A stretch of 64,000 nt of DNA. Origin: Vicugna vicugna. Its lineage: Eukaryota. Of the stretch, positions 12,230-23,240 are shown piece after piece. Within the stretch, counting starts at the first letter, position 1; every line of letters starts with the position of its first letter. A program made the translations under genes and the position numbers. A model generated the notes under the pieces. That model ran no database searches and was not told where the DNA came from. It saw only the letters and a program-made list of their open reading frames with translations. The stretch spans positions 868,001-932,000 of the forward strand of contig MU062317.1 in assembly GCA_013265495.1 (NCBI GenBank), read 5' to 3'.

Positions 12230-12857
12230 GGGACGCCGCGCCCTTGCGGGCGGCCTTCTGGTGCAGCCGCTGTGGAAGCTAGCTGGTGGTTTCTCAGAGG
12301 GTCAAACCTAGAGTCGCCGTGTGCCCCAGAGTCCACATCCAGGCACATGCCCAAGAGACAAAACAAAGGTCCACACAGAAGTGCGCACGCACACCCATGG
12401 CGGCACCACTCACGTCGCCGAGAGGTGAAGCGACCCAGGTGCCTGTCGGCAGGGGCACGGGTCAATGAACGCGGTCTGCCCTGACAGTGGGACGCTGCTC
12501 ACCCCAGCGAGAGCGGGGTCCTGAGCCGGTGGAGCCACAGCGTAGAGGGAGCGCGAAGGCGATACGCTCAGGGAGAGTCACAAGCAGCCGCCTGTTGCAG
12601 GATCCCCCCCGTATGAACGTCCCACACAGGCAAATGCAGAGAGACAGACAGCGGACCGGCGCGACCGGGGGCTGGGGCGCGGCGCCGGGAGCGGCTGCTG
12701 AGGAGCACGGGCTTCCTTTTCGGGGTGACGACGGTTTTCTAGGATTAGACGGTTGCGATGGCCCCACCACTGGACTCACAATCCACTGAAACCCAGCAAA
12801 CTGTGCGCTTTGAAAGGGTAAGGTTATGGCTTGTGACTACGCTCCAGTGAGGCTGAT
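12230..12857 (+). mobile_element. Old L1 (L1MB/L1ME-type) ORF2 end plus 3' UTR, heavily GC-shifted
   Basis: Collinear L1M landmarks: GGTGCAGCCGCTGTGGAA, CCCAAGAGA..GTCCACACA, AGGCAAATGCAGAGAGACAGA, CGGGGTGACGA..TTCTA, GGGTAAGGTTATGG..TGTGA. It ends at the position of the former polyA signal. Subfamily is approximate. Confidence 0.8.
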
Positions 12858-12914
12858 CGAAGCATGATGTTAGTTGATCTCTGCGAGCGTGCGCACGCAC
12901 ACGTTTGCATCTGT

Positions 12915-13540
12915 ATGTGTGACGCTCGTGGTTCAGACTCCACATCTGCAGGTTCACCCACGTGCGAGGATGCGCCTGTGACCCCAGGTCAGCAGCCGCG
13001 GCCCGTTCCCCGGCGTCCCGGACATGCGTGCGGGGAGGACGATGCGGGCTGGGCGGCACGCAGGCTCCCCGCTGGGGTTGAGCGGGTCACGCTCTGCCCC
13101 TCGCTCCGGCTCAGGCTGTCACCAGGTGTCCTCCTCACAGCCGGCTCAGTGTCATGCTTTCTGCACTGCTGTCGCTTTTCTTGGTGATTCCTCTGTTTAA
13201 TAACGGCCCCCGGCCTGGTGCGAAGGGCCTCCAGTCTTTCTGAGCACAAGAAGGCTGCGATGCACCGTATGGAGAGAACACACGTTAGACAAGCTCCCTT
13301 CAGGCAGGAGCTACAGCGGCCGCGACACAGCGGGCGACAGTCAACGTGACCTGTTACATATGGGGTCTTTAAACAGAGACACAAAAAGCAAGCTATGTAC
13401 TGATGGGCTGGCGACAATGCGGGGACCAGAGCCAGCAGAACGCAGCCCCACGCCCCCCAGGAGCACTGGGTGAGTGCTCGCAAATGCCGTGTCGGTGGCT
13501 GCTTTGCGGAAATTTGCACGGGTACAGTGGGTCAGCTGCA
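12915..13540. mobile_element. MER82-like TcMar-Tigger non-autonomous DNA transposon, near full length
   Basis: About 620 bp collinear with the recalled consensus: TTGGTGATT..CTGTTTAA..GGCCCCC, CAAGAAGGCTG.GATG..ATGGAGA..GTTAGACAAGCT..TTCAGGCA.GAG, GTCTTTAAACAGA, GACCAGAG. The transposase N-terminal remnant reads on + and is frameshifted. Confidence 0.7.
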
Positions 13541-15251
13541 CACGTACGCACGGGAGCGACCTGCCTTCTCCGGCGGAAGGGCTCTCCGAATTTGACCCGA
13601 GCTACACCCGTGTGCACCTGGCATCCAGGCACATGCCGGATGCCCTCCCTTAGGAGGACCCTAAACCAGAGTCATCGGGACACGCTTCTGCAGAACCCAG
13701 GGGTCGGAGCGCCTCCGAGGCCTTGACTCTGCCGGCGGGGAGCCCATCGCACCGCTGACAGCTGGATGGGCGCAGGCTCGCTCAGGTGGCCAGCTAAGAG
13801 GGCAGCGGGAAACAAGGAGCGTGGCTCAGGGGTGCCGCGAACGTGGGGGCGCCCCGGACGCCGGGCCAGTTTGGGACGTGGCTTTGCTTGGGGTAAGTCC
13901 TAACGCACCAGACAAATGATCTGGAGGAACCCGCTCTCTGGTCGGGCGACTGTGTGTCTTTGCCGATTGGCAAACGTGCCTCTCCTGACCAGCGTCAACC
14001 TTTGCAGGGCTCGGGGGAGTCGCAGCTGAGGCTTGGAGAAACCTCGTTACACGGAGCTGCATCCTGCCAACCGCGGTGGGCTGGGCACAGGTCACCGAGA
14101 CGCCGCCCTTTGAAAATGCAAAGCCCACGGAGGCTTGCTGATCAAGGGGCCACTTAAAGCGGCTGAAACCAAACTTCCCTCTGTCTCTAGCGCACGTGTC
14201 CCCAGCCGCGGCGGCATTCATTCCATTTTTCCTTTGCTCCTGCTTCGGCAGGTATCCCCTGAAGCCCGTGAGGGGCCAGGCTCCGGGACGGGTGACTGTG
14301 GACTTGCCCCGAGAAGCCCACTCGGGGAAGGGGGCCGGGGCCCGGAGGAAGGCGGCGGTTGTGGGGGGACGTGCAGAGGCTCGGAGGCGTGAGGCGGTGG
14401 GCCTCCTCTCTTCGGGGCACCATCCCCACCTGCGGTGCTGAAGGCAGGACCTGGTCTGAGGAGGAGATTTCAGCTGTGGAGGGAAGTCGCACTGCTCTCA
14501 CCGATGGATGGACGAAGGTTTCACGCTAGTGCGCAGAGGACCACGCGCAGACCTGGGCAGAATCGGACGCGAGGGACAAAACCTCACCCCATGGTGCATG
14601 CACCCCAGTTACAGGGCTCCCCATGGACACCAGCGAGCCGGCCACTGCTGGAGGAGGACACGCGTTCACAGAACAGAGGGGATGAAGGAGCGGGAGCACG
14701 AGCAGCCCGAGGCAGGACTTCCCCAGCGGCAGGGTCAGCGCCTCGCCGGCGGTGGGTGGCGGGGCACGAGGTCCAGGAGGACGGCGTGCGGGCCCTTCAC
14801 CCGCCGGTGGCCCTGGCGGGACTGGAAGGGGAACCAGCCAGCAGTAAGGAGGACGGAGCCCTGTCAGGTACAGACACCCTGACGCTGCAGGAAAGGCTTG
14901 CAGGAAAGCCAAGGTGGAAAGGATGCCTTTTTGCACAAATGTGGCTGAAGCAGCAGCCTGCCGCCAACTCCAGAACCAGCATGTCTCCAAGATTCCTCCC
15001 CCAAGCTCTTCACAGGCCCCAGAACCAGGGCTGCGTGCAGGACCCCCTGACCTCAGTCAACGCTCAGCTGCAGGACAAGAGTCCCTGCGGGAAGCTTCTC
15101 CCCAGGGGAGCTCTGGCACTGCCCCCACCCCGTCACCCAGGAAGGAGCTGCCTGGAGTGAATGGGGACACGTAGGACACAGACGCCACACAGCCAGGCCA
15201 CCGCCACCACCACTGTGACACTCTTAGGATGTAAAGACCCATCATCCAGAG

Positions 15252-15431
15252 CTGCCCTGTCCCATGGTCACCATTTAAATCTAAGATAATAGAATGAAAT
15301 CAAATGAGAACGCCGGTGCCTCAGACGTCCGGCCACACTGCACGGCTCAGGGCCACGTGGGCTCGTGGCTACCGTCTTATGACGGTGACGTTCTGGACCA
15401 CGTCCTTCATCACAGACGATTCTGCAGCTCT
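15252..15431 (-). mobile_element. MER3 (hAT-Charlie) non-autonomous DNA transposon
   Basis: CTGCCCTGTCC..ATTTAAAT..TCAG..GGCCACA..GGCCACGTGGGCTCGTGGCTACCGTCTT..CATCACAGA..TTCT follows the reverse complement of MER3. Confidence 0.7.
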
Positions 15432-16599
15432 AAGGCCCTGCTGTTGGGGCCAAGCTTCCAGGAGGCAGGACACGTGCAGGATGCGGGGAGAGAGGGACAC
15501 GGGGAGAGAAGGACGCTGGGCTTGGACACGGGGGGTCGTGCCTCCTGCAGTTCAGGGGCTGCCAAACAGTTGATCTGAATCCATTTACTGAGGAGACAGA
15601 AGACGCTGGGTCACTGTACACCCCCAAGCCCGGAGGACGACTGGCTTCCCGAACCCTCCTCCCCTACGGGCCGCAGACACCTTTCCTCTCCTGGCTCCCT
15701 GGACCCCTGCTGCCCCCTTGCAGCGGCCCCATGGCATCTCAACGGGGGCATCAGGCAGGAAGCTTAAAACCACCCGGAGCCAGTCCGCCGGGTTGAGCAC
15801 TGTCTCCGCTGCCGGGCGCTGTCCCGACACAGAACCTGATGGGAAGGGGCTGAGACCAGGATCTGAGCAGACCACTCAGCGCGGTCTGAAGAAGCAGCCC
15901 CGTCCTTCGCCCTTTGGCAAGACCGCAAGCTCAGGATGCGTCGGGGCTCCCTGAACCGCTCCTCTCGCTCCCCCGGCACCCCCACGCTCTCCTGCCGGCT
16001 GGGCCTTCCTGTGGGGGCGGGGGTCACGCTCCAGTTACCCCAGCTCCCTGGAACCTCTGTCGCCCTCGGGAGAGACAGGAACTTCTCCACCGAGGAGGGC
16101 GATCTGCTCTCCCCTTGGGCTGCATGAGTGGTGTCCTCAGCCTACAGACCTCGGGAAGAATTTGGAGAAAAAAGAGCCCGACACCCAGAGCCCTAGACTA
16201 AACAAAGCTTCCAGTGGGCGAGCTGCGGTGCGGGCCTGGGGACGCTGGTGCGGGGGCCGGGCTGCTGGGTGATGGGCGGGCGGCGCCCGGCCCGGAGGTG
16301 AGCGTGAAGGGGCCCTTTGTTTCCCGGCACACGTGCAGGGCCACCTCTGACGAGGGTGGGGCTGCACACCTGCGTCAAAGGATGCCCTCCTCCCCGCCCC
16401 CAGGGCGCCGACGCTCCTGGGGGTCTGGGCAGGGGTCACTGGGGTCAGACGGGGACCCAGATTGGAGAGTGTCGCCTCCAAGGGCCCCTCCTGGGAAGTC
16501 TGGGGGGATGGGCGACCAGAGGAGCCCCAGGGAGCATTCAGCCCCTCTGGGCACAGAGTCACCTTCCTCCCTGTCCTCAGAGCAGCGCCCTCAAGGGAA

Positions 16600-16643
16600 G
16601 AGGGGAGACTGAGGCAGAAGGGGTTCAGCCCTCTCGCCCAGTC
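16600..16643 (-). mobile_element. MIR core fragment
   Basis: GAGGGGAGACTGAGGCAGAAGGGGTT..CTCGCCCA resembles gaggaaactgaggcacagagaggttaagtaacttgccca. Confidence 0.45.
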
Positions 16644-17569
16644 TGATGTCTGCCCTCAGCACCACCTTGTAAGTGTCTCACCCGCAGCAGCGGGCCTGTC
16701 CTACGTGCTGGGGGCCAGGCCTCCCGCACGAGCAGCTCCCATAAATGCAAAGATGGGGCGTGACCCGGGGCTCCCAGCGGGGTCGGCCTCCCCCTGGGAG
16801 GCAGCTTCCCAAAGGCCAGCTCCGGCCCCGCGGGCAGGACTGCGCCTCGAAAGGTCCAGCGACGCTGCTGAGGTCACAGCAGTGTGGCCACGCTGACCCC
16901 ATCAACTTGATTGGCTATTTGGGGACAAGCTGGAGGCCAGTGGGGTTCCGTCCACTGTGATCCTGCAGGCGAGCTGGGTGGGATCCTGCGCCCCGAGCTG
17001 TAGGGTGGAGACCCCCGGGGGTGGCTTCTGAAACTCCTGAAGCTGGAGCAGAGACGGAGGTGAAGAGAGTGCAGCAAGGCTCCCTCCCCACAGGAGCAGC
17101 CCCTTGGGGGCCTCGTGGAGAAGGCCCCTCCACCCTGGGGACACGCCACGCCACAGCCCCTCTGAGCCAGGCTCTGCCCCCACAGGACAGCTCTCTGCAC
17201 CTAGGATGCTCCACCTGTTTACCTGGATCTCGTCACCTGCTGCCTCCCTCAGGCGGGGACACAGGAGGATGCCTGGCAATGGTCCAGCCATGGCCCTTGT
17301 AGAGAAGCCAGAACCACCCCACCACAGGAGCGCCTGCGCACGCCACACACGCACACACGCGCGCGCACACGCGCACACGTGCTTTCTGAGCACCTGCGAG
17401 GAGCTGTGCTGACGGTGGGCGGTGCCCTCCAGACGCCCCAGCACCTGTGGGGGGACATTAATCCGCAGACGGTGAGAGACCCACTAGAGACGGGGGACGC
17501 CAGCTCTCACTCCCCGTCTCCCGGCGACCGCCGAGCGCAGGACCCCTCCATAAATCCCGTTCAACAAGC

Positions 17570-17970
17570 TCTTCACAGCGCAACACCCTACTATTAGCCA
17601 AGACAACCACTTACTCAAAACAAACACTGGTCGTGAGCTGAGCGGAAACACAGTCCCCTGTGATCACCGGTTCCCGGCCTGGGCACTTCGATCTCTCTGT
17701 TTATGAAACAATAATGGAATTCTATTTAGCGGCGCGGCACCGCGTTCGCCGCCTCTGATGAGTTTGCATTCCAGCTTTGCCCCCGGCGACCGGCTCCGTC
17801 CTATTACTGCCTTGTCCCGCTTCACAGATGGATGAACCGCCGCTCGGAGAGCAATACAACCTTTACCCACGTGCTATTATCGAAACCAGTGTCCATGGCG
17901 ATTTTCAAAGGTTTCATTCCCACACAGCGGATGGTCTTGGGACGGAGATGCAAATGGGGCCTGATTACCA
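17570..17970. promoter_or_regulatory. Putative enhancer with SOX/POU/HOX motifs
   Basis: TTTATGA at 17700, AACAAT at 17707, GTTTGCAT at 17762, perfect octamer ATGCAAAT at 17948. Confidence 0.35.
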
Positions 17971-20572
17971 CAGCCCTGTCCCAGGGCTGCAGGGCCACGC
18001 TGGCTTCCAGGTGGGGAGGGGGCTGCCGGGGCCCCTGGCTCTCTGGACTGCTTGCCGAGGCCCCTGGCTCCACGGACGAGACCCTGCCTTCCCCTCCACT
18101 GACTGCTGGGGGGTGCGCGTGTTCATTCTAATATCTCTGGCCCCAGCCCCACGCCAGGCACTAGGGTGGGATTCGGGGTCTGGTCCCCGTCCTCGTGAGG
18201 CCGACGGTTCACGGGGAAGCCTCGGCACGAGAGGCGCCCCTCGTGCTGAGGATTACCTGCGGGAAGACGGCTGAACTGAGGCCGTGCTGGAGTCCGAGCT
18301 CACGCGACAGAGCTGAATGACTCCTTTCGGGACAATTTAAGCGAGGCGAGGCGAGCTGGAAACCTCCACACGTCCCCGCGGTGCTCACCGCCTCTCAGAC
18401 CCACTGGGGTCCTGAAGACGCTCTGGGGGCACACGTTTTCCTCACAACTGGGGGTTGGACCCCCACCGACGTGCTGGGTGGGACGCTGAGCCCGGGCTGC
18501 ATCCCGGCCTGGGCACCGGTGCCCCGACCCCTGTCTCCCGGGGCCCTGGCAGCGTTCCTGCCACGCCCTCCTCCGCGTCCTTCTTTTAGGGGGGTAGTAG
18601 CTTGTTTCCCTTTCCTTTCCCTCTCGACACCCCCACTTATCTTCCACCAGACCGCGGTCAAGGTGCAGGTTACGTGTGTGCTACTCGCCAAGAGGCCTCT
18701 TTTCAACACTCGGGGGAGCAGACAGCGGCGCAGCCGGGGTGCACTCGACTCGCTCAAGTGCTGTTTATCTTTTCAGGGCCTCTGTTTCCCGCGGGGGGAG
18801 ACACCACCGGCCGTGGTGGAGGACCAAACGCTCCCCGGCCAGAGCTGGACGCTGCTTCGATTTCCAGAGGCTAAAAGCAAAAGAGCTGGGAGAGGCCGCA
18901 CAGCCCCGTCACCTCTTCTCCCGCTGCGTCTGCTCCAAGGGCTAATAACGCGGGTGTTGAGCAACAGGCCTGAGACTCGGCCACGGAGAGCCCTTCTGAC
19001 GATGTCACTGGGCAGAACCCGCCTCGTGTTTTCCCCTCAATAAATCTGTCTTGTGCGGAAGGTCATTAGCCCGACCTTGAAGGGCACATGTCTCGCCAAG
19101 ACCTCTTCGGCCCAAAGACGTTGACCTCCAAACCAGCCTTTCTGGAATAATCATGTGCCTTCACGCTGGGCTCCCGCTGCCAGGCCCAGCTTCCCAAGAG
19201 CCCCGGGGGGAACTTGCCGGCTGTGGGGTGGGGTACACGGCCCAGGCGGGTCCCAGGCAGCGGGAGGCCTCCGTTGCCTTCCTGCCGGGGAGGTCCTTGG
19301 AGAACAGGAGTTGAACCGGGCTCATCCTCTGTGTCCAACCCCGTGGGTCTCGCCCTGGGACTGGAGCCACCCACAGGCTGGTTAATCGCGGCAGCTACCC
19401 CCCAGCACCCCGCCCAGCAGGTCCGGCCGGACCCTGAGGACCTCCACGTCTAGGGAGCGCGCGCACGGCGCTGAGAACAGCAGCCCCCACCCCATGTGCG
19501 CGCTCATGTGGAATGTACTTAGCGTGGGCGTTGCTTGGACTGGTGTCCCATAGGAGGCTGGGGGACCCTGTCCGTGCTGGCCGGTGGGTGGTCGGCGTGA
19601 GACACGGGGAAGGCCCGTGGACCCCCGGGCTGGGATAGTAGCAGAAGTGGGCAGTATCCACTGGACACCCTCTGGGAGCCAGCGCCTCTCCCGTCACCTC
19701 CTTTGCCCGGCGTGGGGTTCCCGAGATGAAAAAACTGTCGCTCCGGGAGAAGGGGCCCCAGTGGGCCGGCGGCGGGTCCAGGTGAGTGTCTCCAGGACTT
19801 CCCAGAACTCCCTGTGACCTTGGGCTTGCCTTCCTGTGGGGACTCCCATCTACTGGGGCCATTGCCACCCGGGGCCGCCCTCCACTCTGGGATGCTGCGA
19901 GGGTCACTTCCCGCTACAGACCTGCCCCTCCACACGCGCCTCGTGGCTTCTCATCCTCCCGAGAGTGGAACTGCCCCAGCCCACGAGGGCCCCGCGCTCC
20001 GAGGGCGCCCCTCCCGCGCGTCTCCTCGCGGCTGAGGACGGAGCAGCCGCTCCCAGGCCCTGCAGTCAGGAGGCCAGGCTGCTCCTGTCACATCGCAGGA
20101 CAGGCAATAAGGCCCCTGATGAAGGACAGGGCTGCGTTTCTGCACCACTAATTTCCGTAACTGTCGCTCTTTGAAAGACAGCTCGGGCCCGGGCGCTCCC
20201 GCGCTTCCCAGACAGAGCAGTATTATGTGGCCAAGTTCAGGTTCCGTCTCCTGTTTCAGGGATCTGACAGGGGAACTTCTTCAGTATTCTGCAATCCACA
20301 GCCCCCGTCTTGAGTTTCTCCCTCTGCCAGGTCCTCCCGGAGCCCGATCCTCTCCCGGGTGGTGGGGTGGCGTTCCCCCGCCCCCCCAGCCTGGGGCCGA
20401 CCTGGGCCAGCCTTTGGGGAAAGATGTGGGGTCAGCCCGGGGCTGTCATCACTGTGGGCGGGGCCGCCAGGCTCGGGTCTGGGCTCAGAAGCGGTGTGAG
20501 GCGGGGGAGGGAGGGCCGACCGGCAGAATCACCTCCGGGGACGCCGGCTTCTGGGTGTCAGCGTCCTGGCCC

Positions 20573-20660
20573 TGTAGGACCTGAACAAGCTCCAGCCTCT
20601 CTGCGACTCGGTTTCCTCACTTGTGAAATGGGGGTGCTGAGACCCTGCATCACGGGGAAG
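20573..20660 (+). mobile_element. MIR fragment
   Basis: GACCTGAACAAG..CCTCTCTGCGACTCGGTTTCCTCACTTGTGAAATGGGG matches the MIR core. Confidence 0.65.
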
Positions 20661-23089
20661 GAAGGGCTGACGCGGACGTGCAGGGAGAGGCTTCCAGGCC
20701 ACAGGACGCCTTTCACTTGTCGCTCTGGTCTTCTACTTCCAGACGCGGGGGCCCTGTGCTCGCGGGGACCCTGCCCGGGAGTTGCGGGGGGAAGTTCTGG
20801 CACCAGCATCGGGGTTGGCGTGTTCACGACGCTGACTGTGGGCGCCGGGTCAGACTTCCTTCCCACCCAGCCCCAGCCTGGCGCAGCGTGGGAGGAGGCG
20901 GGTGAGTTTGGGAAGCACGGGATGGAGAGGCTGCGCGGGGCTGGGGACAGGACTCAGGCCTGGGTCCTGCGGGCTTGTGAGCCGGCACCTGCTGGGCACT
21001 CACACAGCTGGGAGCGGAGGTTCTGGCCGCTCCACCTGCCGCGTGGGATGCGTCCTGTCCCACAGGTCCCCACGACCAGGCCCGGCAGCCGAGTGGCTGA
21101 GCTGAGTGTCCTCAGAGTCTGTCTGCCGGCAGGGTCCTCGTCATCACAGGACCGTGGGGGGCTTGTAGACCCGCAGTTTCCCCGCGGACCCCTCCCCACA
21201 GGCAGAGTGTGTAGGACGCAGCGTGTTCCGTGCACACCCCTGGGTCCTGAGACTGCACTCCCAGGGGCCCTGCCCTCCCACCTGTGGCCCCTGGTTCAGG
21301 TCTCTCGCGGTGCCTGCACAGTTAGCCTCCCCTCCCCTTTGGGGGCCTCCACCTGAGCCTGCAGCGAATGAGCAGTGAGTGGGGGAGGAAAACCCCACGC
21401 CCTGGCCGCGGCGCCAGCACCCCCAGGCCCGCAGGGATGGGGGTCTTCGGCCAGGACTGACGGCGCCCAGGCGGCGGGCCAGCCCGGTGCCCTGCCTCGA
21501 GGCCCTGCAGAGAGGTGGTGCAGAGTTTGCATGCCAGCCCCTGCCCGTCAGGCCCTCCCCACTTCGGGACTTCAACCCCCCACGTGCAGGAAGAGAGCGC
21601 CTATCTTCCTCCTGCGGCGCCGTCCGGGCCCCGCCCCTTCCGAGGACACACGCCCAGGGCAGGAGGCGGGAAGGCTGACCTGGCTCTTGGGGGAAGGCCC
21701 CTCGAGCCCAGGCCCTGGGGTCTCGGATCCCACCTGAAGGCACAGTCACTAAACTCCCTGCGGCACCAGCCGAAGGGTCGAGGGGGCCAAGAGCTGGTGG
21801 GCGGCTCAGTGTCCCGTTCCCATGGCCCCTGGCTGAGCTCCGGGCACTGGCACCTGCCGGGGGCCCTGCGCGCCCACCCTAGGGGGACTCAGCCCCAGCC
21901 CTGGTGACCTGACTTCCCCACCAAGAACCCTGGGGTTCAGAGAGCAGACTGCAGTCCCTCAAGGTGAGCTTCCCTGCTAACTGGGGAATGCCTTCTTTAG
22001 AAGCCAGCAAGGTGGGGAAGAGCAGAAAGGAGGTCCAGGCCTCACCCTGGCCTCGCCCCAGGCCCCGTAGGATGTCCAGGGACCTGCTGGGAGCTGACCC
22101 CAGGCCTCTGCTCACAGTGCTGGGCTGGGGGCCTAAGGGTCACAGGTCAGCCCTGGGCAGCCAAGCCCCTGAAATGCCAGAAAGCTCATCACGTTCTCCC
22201 TGAGGCTGCGACTAGCTGCTTCCCAGGGGATCCAGGCCATCGTGGCCACCAGAGTGGACACTAGGGGCCTCCTGGGCAGCCCTCCTGGCTGTGAGGGCTT
22301 TGCCTCCTGGCCCTGTGGCTCCCACAACCCTGGACAGACGTGCTTTGAGTTCCAGCTCTTCCTGCTTGCTGGTGTGCAAGCCGGGTAGCCTCTGCTTCCC
22401 TCCCTGGAGTGAGGCCTCGCGAGCGTTAAGCGTCCAGTATACGGAAGGCAGGCCGCCTAAGTGGAAACGGACCAGGCAGCGTCCCGCATCACTGGCGTGG
22501 GAGGAACTGGGGGTGTGGAGGTGTAAACACACTTTTGAGACCCCCCAGGTCCCTGTGGTGGGTACAATGCCCAGAGCCCGCAGACAGGAGCCCGGGGGTC
22601 CTGAGCATCCTCCCCTCAGGGCGGTCCAGAGCTCCCACTCTGTCCCCTCCTGGCCACGCGGGAACCAGTCGGTCCGCCCAGAACATACAGGGCTCAGCCG
22701 GTCCAGCGCAGGCGAGGAAGCCCACCAAGAGGAGGGACGGGAGCAGGAGGGGCTGATGGGAAGCCGGCACCCCTCTCTAGAATGTTCCAGAAGGCTCGTG
22801 TGCTGCCAGCTCCAGGCCTCTCCTCTGCGGGGGAAGCCACCGGGCCTGCGGGGTCGGGGGTGGTGAGGCCTGGCCACCGTGGGGTCGCCTGCTGTTGCCC
22901 CGCCCACTTCGCCAGCACGCGGCTCCATCATGCACAGGGCGTTTTCAGCGTCTGTATCAACTTGATTCAATTACGGGGATGGCGGCAAGGCGAGGGGTGT
23001 TCCCCCAGGGGCTGCGAGCGCCCCAGCGCCCGCGGCCGGGGAGAGTGGGCAGCAGTGGGAGGCGCACAGGGAGAATGCTGACTCTGTTC

Positions 23090-23240
23090 CTTCAAAACTC
23101 CTGTAATTGACTTTTTAAAAAATGACATTAGCATTTAAATGGCCCCGTCGTTACGAGGGTGAAGGTTCACTGGAATATGATCAATTTATTGAGCTCTTCA
23201 GATGTTCTTTGATATTTATTTTTTGATGTGTCCCCCGCAG
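23090..23240. promoter_or_regulatory. AT-rich island, putative non-coding element
   Basis: Sharp AT-rich block containing TAATTG, CATTAG, TGATCAAT (23178) and TTTATT. It ends in a pyrimidine tract plus CAG at 23240. Confidence 0.35.

Noticed and set aside
13620-13644. Near-palindrome GGCATCCAGGCACATGCCGGATGCC
   Set aside because: Short, GC-rich, with an implausibly tight loop and no supporting context.
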